IMG/VR virus record: IMGVR_UViG_3300032212_000114
Span: 1 to 30,103 of that record
Reading direction: 5' to 3' (one strand)
DNA length: 30,103 nt
From: a virus
Lineage: Duplodnaviria; Caudoviricetes
The notes below the pieces were generated by a model. That model was not told where the DNA came from. It searched no databases and was given only the letters and a program-made list of their open reading frames with translations. Shown piece by piece: positions 8,984 to 18,073 of the stretch (position 1 is its first letter; the number at the start of each line of letters is the position of its first letter). Position numbers and translations under genes: made by a program.

Positions 8984-10504
8984 CTATGATCCTGTACTAT
9001 TAACGGCTGTTTTAACCACTTTGTCAATATATTCAGCCACCGATTTATTCCACTTTGCCAGCGCATCGCGATTCAACAACCAGGCGGTGAAATGCTCCGC
9101 GTGCCATTCCATCTGGTTAGTCTCGCCGTACCTGGTTAGCGATGGAAACTCGGCGGGCCTATGGGGCATCCCGGCCTTATAGTGTATTTGGTGACCAATT
9201 TCGTGCGCCCATACGCCCGCCGTTCTGGCGGCACCATTCAGGGCGCTAACAGATCCCCATTGAAGTTCACCCCGGGTAAATGCCGCCGTGGCATCGGCGA
9301 CGGTTTTCAATAGATCAGCAGGCATAACCTTATCCATGCGTTCTGTTGCCTTTGCTTTTATCACCACATGATCGAATGCACGATTGGTAAAACCTAATGC
9401 ACGCGTAGCACGCCCGATCGTAAAAGCCCCTAGCGCGTAATGGGAAAAGCGGCCACCGAGAAACTTTCGTACCTCCGGTTCTATTTTGTGAGCTGTCTTG
9501 CCGCGCGACATCTCCGCTGCTTTGATCGCAATGGTTTTAACCGGGTGCTTGTGTAGAAACTGCCTCAGCTGCTCGACCTGTTTTTCTGCACCAGGTATGG
9601 TGCTGATCACTTTTGTGATGCCGCCCTGGTCAATCCCTTTGATCGTTGAGAATACTGCGGATTCATCCGAAGACCACAAGCCAGGCGATGCTGCTGGTAG
9701 TGGTGCCTTAACGATTTTAGTGGCTGCGGCTTTTTTCTCTTTTAATTGCCGTTCAGCGGTAGCCCGTCTCGCCAGGCCGGGGTTAGTGTCCCAGCCGGGG
9801 TCAATCCCGCGCGGCACCTGCAACACTTCTCCGGTGCGCTTATTGAGCCATTCACGTTTTGTTATTTCCGGTGCTTCGGTGAGATAATTGCCGGTGTCAT
9901 TAAGTCGATCATACTCACGCTTTGTGATTTGCCTTAAACGACATTTACACCCCCAACCATTTGGCGGGTAGTGCGTCTGCCAGAAGGGATGATCGATTGG
10001 CAACATCAACCCCGCCCAGCTTACATGCTCTTCGCGGTGATTTTCCGATGGCCCCAACTCATAAACAAAGTAGGGGTGGGTGCGTTTGGTACGCTGCGCC
10101 CGTTGCCACTGCCCCGCAGCGCGAGCGGTGCGCATGTTTGCGCGATAGATTGTTTTCAAACGCCGGGGGCTGCCGAGCTGCACGTCGCGCGTTTCACCAG
10201 TAACTGGATCAGTGGCGGATTGAATCCCCCACCAGCCCCTTGCCTGAAGCATCGGTGTTAACTCGTTTCTGAACTGAGCAAAGGTGTGGCCCTCGGATAA
10301 CGCATCATCAAGCGCACCACGAATATCAGTCAGGATGTCGTGCTGCATCGCCTTGGCCACTGTAAAATTAGTGGCGTGTTCTTCGCGCCAAACATCGCGC
10401 CAGTCGAAGCCTGGGCGCAGTTTCTTTGCACGGAAATATGCCAGCGCTTCGACGGATGGTTTAGCGGGGAATTTAAAGCCAGGCTTGAGGGTGAAGTCAG
10501 GCAC
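8984..10504 (-). CDS. Long MuF (Mu gpF / SPP1 gp7 family) minor head protein with a C-terminal zincin-like metallopeptidase domain
   Basis: N-terminal FTVAKAM, RLKTIYRANM, HREEH..W, FWQTHYPPNGWGCKC, GIDPGWDTNPG; extension with WAHEIGH and TRYGETNQMEWHAEHF. Confidence 0.88.
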   Translation of the reverse strand: MPDFTLKPGFKFPAKPSVEALAYFRAKKLRPGFDWRDVWREEHATNFTVAKAMQHDILTDIRGALDDALSEGHTFAQFRNELTPMLQARGWWGIQSATDPVTGETRDVQLGSPRRLKTIYRANMRTARAAGQWQRAQRTKRTHPYFVYELGPSENHREEHVSWAGLMLPIDHPFWQTHYPPNGWGCKCRLRQITKREYDRLNDTGNYLTEAPEITKREWLNKRTGEVLQVPRGIDPGWDTNPGLARRATAERQLKEKKAAATKIVKAPLPAASPGLWSSDESAVFSTIKGIDQGGITKVISTIPGAEKQVEQLRQFLHKHPVKTIAIKAAEMSRGKTAHKIEPEVRKFLGGRFSHYALGAFTIGRATRALGFTNRAFDHVVIKAKATERMDKVMPADLLKTVADATAAFTRGELQWGSVSALNGAARTAGVWAHEIGHQIHYKAGMPHRPAEFPSLTRYGETNQMEWHAEHFTAWLLNRDALAKWNKSVAEYIDKVVKTAVNSTGS

Positions 10505-10748
10505 GACGATGCCTTCGGATCAATTCAACAATTGTTTTCCTACCAACTTCAACAGCACCGAGTCGAATAGCCTCCTGACGTTTACTTTTACAGATATCAT
10601 AATGAGGTGTTCCGTGGTTTTGAAACCATTCGCGCTTTAGCGAGAGCGCATCGGCCATGCGGTGCAACTCATCAACACTATCAGCCAGCATGTGACACAT
10701 GATCATTCTGCGGTATTGATGAACAGGTTTATCTACGTAGACAGTCAT
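10497..10748 (-). CDS. DUF4031-like protein
   Basis: MTVYVD...MCHMLADSVDELHRMA...REWFQ...PHYDI...KRQEAIRLGAVEV. Confidence 0.8.
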   Translation of the reverse strand: MTVYVDKPVHQYRRMIMCHMLADSVDELHRMADALSLKREWFQNHGTPHYDICKSKRQEAIRLGAVEVGRKTIVELIRRHRRA

Positions 10749-10750
10749 CG

Positions 10751-11044
10751 TTAAATATACGCGATCAACCAGTGACCACGCTTGCCATAGATCGATTCGA
10801 CGGCGTCAATATGCCACTGTGGAATATTATTCATTTCAAGGCTTGACGTTAGCACCGTAGATCTAATCTCTTTAACGAGGCGATCATGCTTTCCATAGCC
10901 ATTAGAAAGCGTCATCAAACGTCCTGGATATACATTATCAACATTCCAGCCGCGATGATTGTTGGGTCTAATTTCACAATCCTGCTCGCCATTCTTAAAT
11001 TTAAGAAAGTATTTTTTGTACAACGGAACAAACAAAAGTTTCAT
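10751..11044 (-). CDS. Probable ASCH/PUA-like domain protein
   Basis: L...YF..FKNGEQDCEIR (G-K-x-x-E-x-R-like) and LSNGYG motifs; AT-rich. Confidence 0.55.
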   Translation of the reverse strand: MKLLFVPLYKKYFLKFKNGEQDCEIRPNNHRGWNVDNVYPGRLMTLSNGYGKHDRLVKEIRSTVLTSSLEMNNIPQWHIDAVESIYGKRGHWLIAYI

Positions 11045-11061
11045 AGCGGATTAACTTTTAT

Positions 11062-11454
11062 TTAAAACCGAGGCCCAAACAGACGCACACCGGCATACAT
11101 TAGCTTTGCTCTTACCTTACGCACACCATCGCAAATCATCGCATCATAGAACATCCGATGCACCACGCGGCTAGCGATAAACTGATGCTGACAATAGACA
11201 TCATGAATCACCGTCGCACGCCGGTATCTACCGACAAACGGAGAGCCTAACAAGTGCCACAAAAACTTGGGAATGCTCGCGCCATTGATGACCGATCCTT
11301 CCGGGGCATCCCATACGCGACCTTTTGCATCACGGAAAGATACGCTTTCTAGTAGACGCATATCTCGTTTGTCGCCATCAATCCACTCGGTTTTAACGCT
11401 GTTGCTAAAGGCGGGTTGATCTTTAACTGGCTTTAGATTATCGACACGATCCAT
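11062..11454 (-). CDS. DUF1353-like protein
   Basis: APEGSVINGASIPKFLW...GRYRRATVIHDVYC...MYAGVRLFG. Confidence 0.8.
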   Translation of the reverse strand: MDRVDNLKPVKDQPAFSNSVKTEWIDGDKRDMRLLESVSFRDAKGRVWDAPEGSVINGASIPKFLWHLLGSPFVGRYRRATVIHDVYCQHQFIASRVVHRMFYDAMICDGVRKVRAKLMYAGVRLFGPRF

Positions 11455-11469
11455 AAAAACCCCTTTGTA

Positions 11470-13080
11470 TTATTTATCCGTTGCATCACCGAGGCCACGC
11501 GCTTTGAATGTCTCAATCGCTAGCCGCTTAATCAATTCACTACTATCCATCTCATCCAGCAAGCCCGGCAAGCCATCGATAAAATCCTGATAACTTTCTG
11601 ACTCATCCGCCAGCCGCTGGATCGGGTCAAAGATCGGCGCGAGCTGCTCCTCCCATTCATCACTGGCAGCATCGGCGAGCCTGTCGACTTCATCCTGTTC
11701 TAAATGCGCTCGGTTGAGTGCGGTGCCGTGGTGTCTACCGCAACCAGGGCAGGCGTGGTTCGCATCCGTGGCGAGCGGTGGGGCAGGGGATGCAGTCTGC
11801 AATACTTCGGCATCTTCGGGCGCGTCCGGCAGGCCGAGCTTGTCACTGATTACCGACTTTTCGACACGCAAACCGAGCGGTACCAGTTTCTCCAGCGCAG
11901 TGGTCAGCGCCTCGATGTCCTCTGGTTCTAATACCTGAATCTGGATAGATGGGTAACGCTCCTGCACGCCGTGATTAAAATCGATATAAGCCTTTACCAG
12001 GTCGCGGTTTAACGTGTATTCAAGCTGCTTTACATCGGCTTTTAAAATGTCCTGCCGTACTTCATCCTGTGCCTCATTGCCACCGAGCTGCCCCGGCGTG
12101 CCTTCGGTACTGGCCACCTGGCCGAGCACTGCTTTAGAGATGAGTTTGTCGAGGTATTCCGCCAGCCCCTGGAACACCTTATCGCCACCACCCTGGTCTG
12201 CACCCGATTCAAAATCGATGCGCATCGAATCGGGAATCACTGCCGCCGCATCGGTACCAATATTGGCGACGGCGTTAATCAGTGTACGGATATCTTCTTC
12301 TTTTGCGGTGCTACCATAGCGGCCGAGGCGTAGTGGCATCCCAAACACTTCAGCGAATGCCAGCCAGTCTGTCAGCGTGTAGCTTTTGCACATATAAGCC
12401 ACCGCAACCAGTCGCGCCAGCCCACCACGGATAGGTGTACCCGACTTGAGGCGTGGTACATGAGTGATGAAACGATAACGCGGCAACCGCGTTGCGGTGC
12501 CGTCCTCATTGCGCAGGCACAGCTTGCGCGGGTTCTTTTTGTCAAATCTAAAAAAGCGCGGATCACGCCAGGCATAGCCGTCGACCTCATCCCACTCACC
12601 ATCTACCTTTTCCATGCGGGTGCGTGGTTGCCATGGTGTTTTGCTGGTATCCCAGTTCATCTCGACGGCGCTATAGCCTTTGCCGAGGCCATCCAGTAGA
12701 TCATCAACCGCAATACCAAAATCGGGATCACGCAGCAGCTCACGCACTTCGTCGGCGAGCTTCACATCTTTGGTATTATCGCTAGCGGCTTCAACTGTTC
12801 GTGGCACTGCGCTGATGGCGCGTTTTCGGGTGCCCAGCACCGAGGCATAATGCGGGTCGCGCTCTTCCATCTCTTCGGCCAACGTTAGATATGCAGTGGC
12901 ATCACCACTGGCGGCATCGCGCAGGATGTTGGCGAGGCGGTGCGGTGTGAGGCCAGATGCAACCGACTCATCATCCCAGCGCTTACTTACGCCGGTCACG
13001 CTGGCGGCGACAGGGCGCGATAAATCAGTGGCCTTTATGGGATTACCGGCATGATCAAGGATTGCAGTAGTTCTTTCCAT
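11470..13080 (-). CDS. Portal protein (Mu gp29, DUF935)
   Basis: GLTPHRLANILRDA, EEMEERDPHY.SVLGTRKRA, W..FAEVFGMPLRLGRY, ISKAVLGQ motifs. Confidence 0.95.
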   Translation of the reverse strand: MERTTAILDHAGNPIKATDLSRPVAASVTGVSKRWDDESVASGLTPHRLANILRDAASGDATAYLTLAEEMEERDPHYASVLGTRKRAISAVPRTVEAASDNTKDVKLADEVRELLRDPDFGIAVDDLLDGLGKGYSAVEMNWDTSKTPWQPRTRMEKVDGEWDEVDGYAWRDPRFFRFDKKNPRKLCLRNEDGTATRLPRYRFITHVPRLKSGTPIRGGLARLVAVAYMCKSYTLTDWLAFAEVFGMPLRLGRYGSTAKEEDIRTLINAVANIGTDAAAVIPDSMRIDFESGADQGGGDKVFQGLAEYLDKLISKAVLGQVASTEGTPGQLGGNEAQDEVRQDILKADVKQLEYTLNRDLVKAYIDFNHGVQERYPSIQIQVLEPEDIEALTTALEKLVPLGLRVEKSVISDKLGLPDAPEDAEVLQTASPAPPLATDANHACPGCGRHHGTALNRAHLEQDEVDRLADAASDEWEEQLAPIFDPIQRLADESESYQDFIDGLPGLLDEMDSSELIKRLAIETFKARGLGDATDK

Positions 13081-14642
13081 TACAGTACGCCTCGTTTAAA
13101 GCCTGCGGTGGTACGCACGGCGCGGGTGTTGTTGTCTTTGTTTGGGTTGTGGTGTTTGGGCACGGCGTGATAGGCGAATAATTCGACATCCATTAACGTG
13201 GCGAAGTAAGCCAGGAACAGCGCGACTGCGCTATCTGCGTGACGCTTCTTGCCGTCACTGCCGTCATACTCGCCATCCTTATCTATTTTGGGTACGCCTT
13301 TTTGTAACGAGATCGAACGCAGGTCGCGGCGCACGTCTGCATGTCTGGGTATCTTGATTAAACCGTCTTCAAACGCCGCTTTAAAGGCGGTCATATTGGC
13401 GCTATAAAACGCGTCGTTTAGTTTTATGCAGCCGATGCGTGAGCCGAATTTGTCCATTGTGTATTCAGCGAGCGTTTCACCATTACCGGTGGCATCCATC
13501 GCACCGGATTGGAAACGCGGTAGCCGTTCAATAATGTGCCACAGGATCTGCTCCTGTTGCCGGGTGGGAACATTGCGCATTTCAATGATGACCGGTACCC
13601 AGCGCACAAGGTTTTCTGATATCACCATCGGCGCGATCACAGAGAGATGGCCTTTGCGTGCAAAGTCCTGACCAAAAGCGTGCATCAACTTACCATTGAG
13701 GCCGTCGAGTATTGGGTCAAGTTCTTTTTTAATCCACTCGTCAGTATCGATGCGGCGCAGGTGCTCGGCCATTGCCGCGAAGGCGTCGTCATACTCTAAG
13801 CGCAGAATCGGCGCGTCGTACATTGACTGCTCAATCAAGATCGAAGGAATATAGCTGCCACTACCTGCTTTGGGCGTTACGTCTAACTCTTCGACTGCAT
13901 CATCGCCATAAAACTCGTAAACCTCTTTGATCCATTTTTCCTCACCCGCTTTACTGTATGGCTTATCGAGGCGCAAACAGACACGCTCATACAAGCCCTG
14001 TTTAACCGCCTCTTTGAAGGTGGTACGGTGGACACTGCCTTTGCGTGTGCCGTTCTTGATCTCATTGACCAATTCGCAAAAGGGATTATCTTCGCCATCA
14101 TGGGTTGAGATCACGCGCACCTTTCCGCCCCAGATCAACAGCGCGAGCGCTGCCTTTAACAATTCGCTGAGCTTGTCATGGAAGGCAGCCTCATCGATAA
14201 CGATGACGCCTTGTTTACCACGCAGGTTAGCGGGGCGTGAAGAGAGCGCGACGATGCGGTGGCCAGATTTAGGAAACTTGATGGTGAAGGTCTTGATGTG
14301 TTTATCGTCCTGGTCTTCCTCCCAGATCCCTTCCTCGATCTCACTGGCGGCGTAGTTGAACGCTTTGGCCCACATGGCACAGGCCTCAATGTATTCAAGC
14401 CCCATGTCCTGGTTGTAACCGATGTAATAAACATTCTGGCCACCGGCGGATTTGTCCGCCATCGCTGTTAACACATTGTCTGCCGCCTCCGCCCAGGTGA
14501 GGCCGATACGGCGTGACTTTTCGCCGATCTTGAGCTGTGAGTCATCTGCGATCCATTTTTGTTGATAGGGCAATAGTACAGTCGGCAGGTCGCCATCGAT
14601 GGGCTGGTCGGCTGTGTTTGGAATAGCCGAGCTAGCTGTCAC
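13080..14642 (-). CDS. Terminase large subunit (Mu gp28-like)
   Basis: LLPYQQKWI, EKSRRIGLTWAEA, VIVIDEAAFH (Walker B), ISTHDG, GQDFAR, HADSAVA. Start most plausibly GTG 14642 rather than 14768. Confidence 0.93.
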   Translation of the reverse strand: MTASSAIPNTADQPIDGDLPTVLLPYQQKWIADDSQLKIGEKSRRIGLTWAEAADNVLTAMADKSAGGQNVYYIGYNQDMGLEYIEACAMWAKAFNYAASEIEEGIWEEDQDDKHIKTFTIKFPKSGHRIVALSSRPANLRGKQGVIVIDEAAFHDKLSELLKAALALLIWGGKVRVISTHDGEDNPFCELVNEIKNGTRKGSVHRTTFKEAVKQGLYERVCLRLDKPYSKAGEEKWIKEVYEFYGDDAVEELDVTPKAGSGSYIPSILIEQSMYDAPILRLEYDDAFAAMAEHLRRIDTDEWIKKELDPILDGLNGKLMHAFGQDFARKGHLSVIAPMVISENLVRWVPVIIEMRNVPTRQQEQILWHIIERLPRFQSGAMDATGNGETLAEYTMDKFGSRIGCIKLNDAFYSANMTAFKAAFEDGLIKIPRHADVRRDLRSISLQKGVPKIDKDGEYDGSDGKKRHADSAVALFLAYFATLMDVELFAYHAVPKHHNPNKDNNTRAVRTTAGFKRGVL

Positions 14643-15198
14643 GGTTAACCCCAAGTATTCCAGCCTTGATGTTCTCGATGGTATCTTTGGTCGCGCCGCC
14701 TTTACGTGCGATCGATGCCGCTGTCTCAGCCGCGCTTTCACGCTCCTGATTCCTGATCTCTTTTTCACGCTTCACATTTTCAGACGATGCAACTTCCAGC
14801 CGCATCACAGACAGCGATAATTCTTTGAGCATCTTGATGACACCCGGCATCGCGTCGGGGTCTTCGATGTCTTGCAATTTTATAGAGAGATCGAAGGCGA
14901 CCGTGCGCAGTATCTCATTGACCAGGTTACCGACATCGCCCTGCGGGGCTGCACCGAGCTTACCAATCCACATCTGTGATATTTCACGTGATTGTTTGAG
15001 CTTCGCACCGACTTGTTCCATGCGCATTGCATAGCGGTTAACCGCTGATTTACTAACGGCCTCTTCACCACGCGACTCTAGAATCGTATTAATCTCTGCC
15101 GTTGCTTCCAGTTGAGAGATGCGCGGGTCTCTCAACAACGCCTGTAGGTTGGCGAGCACGTCCGGCGCGAGTTTGGCTATGGTTGATGCGCGTGGCAT
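14632..15198 (-). CDS. Terminase small subunit (Mu gp27-like, DUF3486)
   Basis: MPRASTIAKL...VSKSAVNRY motif; ATG 15198 lies just after the upstream stop. Confidence 0.85.
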   Translation of the reverse strand: MPRASTIAKLAPDVLANLQALLRDPRISQLEATAEINTILESRGEEAVSKSAVNRYAMRMEQVGAKLKQSREISQMWIGKLGAAPQGDVGNLVNEILRTVAFDLSIKLQDIEDPDAMPGVIKMLKELSLSVMRLEVASSENVKREKEIRNQERESAAETAASIARKGGATKDTIENIKAGILGVNRDS

Positions 15199-15199
15199 A

Positions 15200-15496
15200 T
15201 TACAACCCCGGCTGCGGACGCTTAACGCCTGGCACCGTGGCACGGCCTTTGGCAACATCATTACCACGTGTTGTGAGGGTAACGATTAACACGCCGCTAT
15301 TTTTAGTCGTTACCAGCCGTTGTTCTTCCAGCCACGCAATCTGTGTATGCACGGTGTCGCTACTCACATGATGGCCGAGTTGTTCCAGTGCTGACTGGAT
15401 GACATATTCGTTATGACTATAGCCAGCATCCTCACTCAGCACATGCAGGATGATTAAGCGCTGATCCTCATCAACGATTTTTGAAAAATTATTCAT
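15200..15496 (-). CDS. Mu gp26-like winged-helix protein
   Basis: EDQRLIIL..L...GY..NE, WLEEQRLV, LTTRGNDVAKGRATVPGVKRPQP. Confidence 0.85.
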   Translation of the reverse strand: MNNFSKIVDEDQRLIILHVLSEDAGYSHNEYVIQSALEQLGHHVSSDTVHTQIAWLEEQRLVTTKNSGVLIVTLTTRGNDVAKGRATVPGVKRPQPGL

Positions 15497-15831
15497 TTGT
15501 TTTTCTCCGCTAACAAGTGCCGCTGTATCAGTTGCATCGTATTGTTGATCTGTGTCAATTGGCCTTCCATGTTCTTTAACCCCTGGCCGACCTGATCAAC
15601 GCGATTATGTATTTCACCAATTTCCTGGTTACTTGGGAGGTACGTCTTAACGGATTCAAGCGCGAGTAATCGATCTTCCGTTAAGCGAACCAGTTCGCAG
15701 AGTTTATCGATCTCGGCCTGATTAGCCATGCGCCTATTAGCCAGCCATACATAAATCGCCACAACGATGGTGCCGATCACCTGCGCGGTATCTAACCAAA
15801 AATTAGCGCTTGAATAATTAATGTCGTTCAC
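15493..15831 (-). CDS. Mu gp25-like membrane-anchored coiled-coil protein (DUF2730-like)
   Basis: N-terminal transmembrane segment, coiled coil with LPS..EI motif; sits before gp26. Confidence 0.75.
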   Translation of the reverse strand: MNDINYSSANFWLDTAQVIGTIVVAIYVWLANRRMANQAEIDKLCELVRLTEDRLLALESVKTYLPSNQEIGEIHNRVDQVGQGLKNMEGQLTQINNTMQLIQRHLLAEKNK

Positions 15832-15843
15832 AGACGACCTCCA

Positions 15844-16122
15844 TTATCGATACCTGGTAACAGTAATTGAAAAGGTACGCTCATCTCGACGACCTGCTGC
15901 CGTTACGATTAAGGCGGTTAATATGCAGACACTGCCAATAACCGCCGCACCGTTTGGTTTAACGAATGCGGCAAGCGATGTGGCGTCAAAGGTTGGGTTA
16001 ACAAGATCAAACGCGGGTGATATTGACCAGGTAACGCCCGTGATGGTGTCGCCGTTTAACCACTTGGTAAGGTCTTTGCCGTAGTCTAGCTCGCCACCGA
16101 GTGTGATGGTGTATGGCTTCAT
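15844..16122 (-). CDS. Probable fibre adaptor protein (Ig-like)
   Basis: LDYGKDLTKWLNGDTITGVTW...TAAGRRDERTFSITV resembles small phage fibre adaptors; ATGA-coupled to the LamG gene. Confidence 0.55.
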   Translation of the reverse strand: MKPYTITLGGELDYGKDLTKWLNGDTITGVTWSISPAFDLVNPTFDATSLAAFVKPNGAAVIGSVCILTALIVTAAGRRDERTFSITVTRYR

Positions 16123-17618
16123 GCGGCTGCAATCCTGTTTTCAAACGGGATGGTTTCTATGCGCTGTTCAAAGCCGACTATCTCGAGACGTTCTCGCGGT
16201 GGTAGGCGGTGCTCACCACCTAGACCAAACATGCCTGCACTGGCTGCCTCTGTGATTGTTTTGCCATCCATCCGCACACGAAAGGTCAACGTGCCATCCG
16301 CTAACGATTCGGCGCTGGTGTCTGCCGATAGTGCAACGCTAATATTTAATGAGCCGTTCACGTTTGTCACTGATACGGTGCCACCGGCAAGCGGTTGAAT
16401 TCTTGCCATGCTGCCGCTTGTGCTACTAGATGCAAGCGTTGCGCCAGTCATCGGGACGGTTGTTATGACCGCTGCATCGGTACTTGATGCTGATGACAGT
16501 GAGCCGAATAGGTTGCCGCTTTCATCGGCGGTAAACGTGCCGCTGCTTGCAGCCTCTGCGATTGTGTTGCCGTCCATGCTCATGCCAATGGTTAGATTAC
16601 CTGTATTAATGGCATCCTGAATGATTGCGCCGGTCATCTCCATACCCGCAGCAAGTGCGGCGGTGGTGATCGCTTCGCTGATTATATCTCCCGAGATATT
16701 AATGTTAGCTGACATTACACCGCCAACAGTAGAGATGCTGGCAGTGCTGCCCGCTACAGGTACGTTGCTTACGTATGATCCAGCGGCAGTGTTTAGTGAT
16801 GCAGTGACGCCAGCCAAGGACACCGGTGAAGTAGTCCCACCGCTGTCTTGTGTGATAGTCAAACGGGGGCGTGGCCGGAATATTCCATAAGGGTTAGCAA
16901 ATAACTCTCGTGCTTCTCGTGCAGTGACTGCTCTATTCATCACCAAAGGTAAATCTATTAAGCCATCAAAGTTACGACTCGAATTAGTACCTACACCACC
17001 ACCAGATTTTCCAGAGTTACCGATCATTAATGGATAACTTGCTGATTCGATTAACCCGCTAACTACAAACGTTGAAACTAACGATCCATTCACATACAAA
17101 CGCATATTTTCGCCGTCGTAAGATCCTAATACATGCGTCCATTCGTTCAATGGAGCGCCGAACGAGCTATTGCAGTTGTATATTGAACCAGAAATTCTTA
17201 GGCGAAAGCCTACAGCTGATGGGTATAGCTGAAGTACATATAGTGATGAGGAGGATGACGCGCCGTTGTATTTACATATTACTTTTCGGCCGCTGGAGCT
17301 GTTAGACTCAGGGTACACCCACGCACTAAGTGTTATATGTTGATCTATTTCATGCGTTGGTGAAGATGGTATTTCTACACCCTGGGCTAGCGCTGAATCA
17401 AAACGAAGTACAGTACCTCGTTTTGAGCGCACCCACTCTGCGCCGACCACCAACCCTTTATTATCATATGACGACACATCGTGCGCTCTATTACTGCCGC
17501 CCTCATTTAGTGGCAGGCAGATAACAACGCTATCTCTGATGCCTGATGCAAGCTCATATCCATCATTAAATGCGGGCTTTTGTGCATCATAGGAACTTAA
17601 TGCTTTAACATAAGACAT
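16119..17618 (-). CDS. LamG-like jelly-roll domain protein with a 20-aa-repeat stalk (putative virion fibre/adhesin)
   Basis: LPLNEGG..AHDVS, ITLSAWVYP, NEWTHV..SYDG..MRLYVNG, NFDGLID motifs, then ~10 Gly/Ala/Ser/Thr-rich 20-aa repeats. Confidence 0.8.
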   Translation of the reverse strand: MSYVKALSSYDAQKPAFNDGYELASGIRDSVVICLPLNEGGSNRAHDVSSYDNKGLVVGAEWVRSKRGTVLRFDSALAQGVEIPSSPTHEIDQHITLSAWVYPESNSSSGRKVICKYNGASSSSSLYVLQLYPSAVGFRLRISGSIYNCNSSFGAPLNEWTHVLGSYDGENMRLYVNGSLVSTFVVSGLIESASYPLMIGNSGKSGGGVGTNSSRNFDGLIDLPLVMNRAVTAREARELFANPYGIFRPRPRLTITQDSGGTTSPVSLAGVTASLNTAAGSYVSNVPVAGSTASISTVGGVMSANINISGDIISEAITTAALAAGMEMTGAIIQDAINTGNLTIGMSMDGNTIAEAASSGTFTADESGNLFGSLSSASSTDAAVITTVPMTGATLASSSTSGSMARIQPLAGGTVSVTNVNGSLNISVALSADTSAESLADGTLTFRVRMDGKTITEAASAGMFGLGGEHRLPPRERLEIVGFEQRIETIPFENRIAAA

Positions 17619-17621
17619 TTA

Positions 17622-18071
17622 TCACGCAGCCTTTGGCCCTGATGTCACGGGCGTTACGGCGACTGTCCAGCCTGGTGATAGTGATTGACCGGATTGATTC
17701 TCAAGATAAATATCAAAATCATCTGGTACATCATGTAGATATATTTGTTGATATTGCGTTGCTGTAACGTCGTTAAGGTTGATAATCCATATTCGCCACG
17801 GTGTATAGTTTGCGTCTGGTGCATCACTATCATTAACACCGTCAATATTCAGTAGCCGCAGATGCACATAGATGACGCCATTTGCTGGCGCAATAGAAAA
17901 AGCACCCGAGAAGTCAAGTATTACATCATGAGCACCATCTCCATCGGTAAGCTTGTTGTAGCTTGCGTCATTCGTCACGCCAAATGCTGCATCAGCCAAT
18001 GAAGTTCCTGCCGACTCTAAAACCTTTCTTGTGCCTTTTTTTCTGACCGAGTCATTCACTTCGATTGCCAT
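17622..18071 (-). CDS. Hypothetical beta-rich protein in the fibre module
   Basis: 149-aa ORF tightly packed in the operon; C-terminal IYLENQSGQSL..GWTVAVTP. Confidence 0.6.
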   Translation of the reverse strand: MAIEVNDSVRKKGTRKVLESAGTSLADAAFGVTNDASYNKLTDGDGAHDVILDFSGAFSIAPANGVIYVHLRLLNIDGVNDSDAPDANYTPWRIWIINLNDVTATQYQQIYLHDVPDDFDIYLENQSGQSLSPGWTVAVTPVTSGPKAA

Positions 18072-18073
18072 AG

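Noticed and set aside
14643-14768. Arg/Lys-rich N-terminal extension of the large terminase
   Set aside because: It overlaps the small terminase gene by over 130 nt; GTG 14642 gives a normal short overlap
15199-15267. Longer start for the small terminase
   Set aside because: Lies inside the gp26-like gene; the family-like sequence begins at MPRAST (15198)
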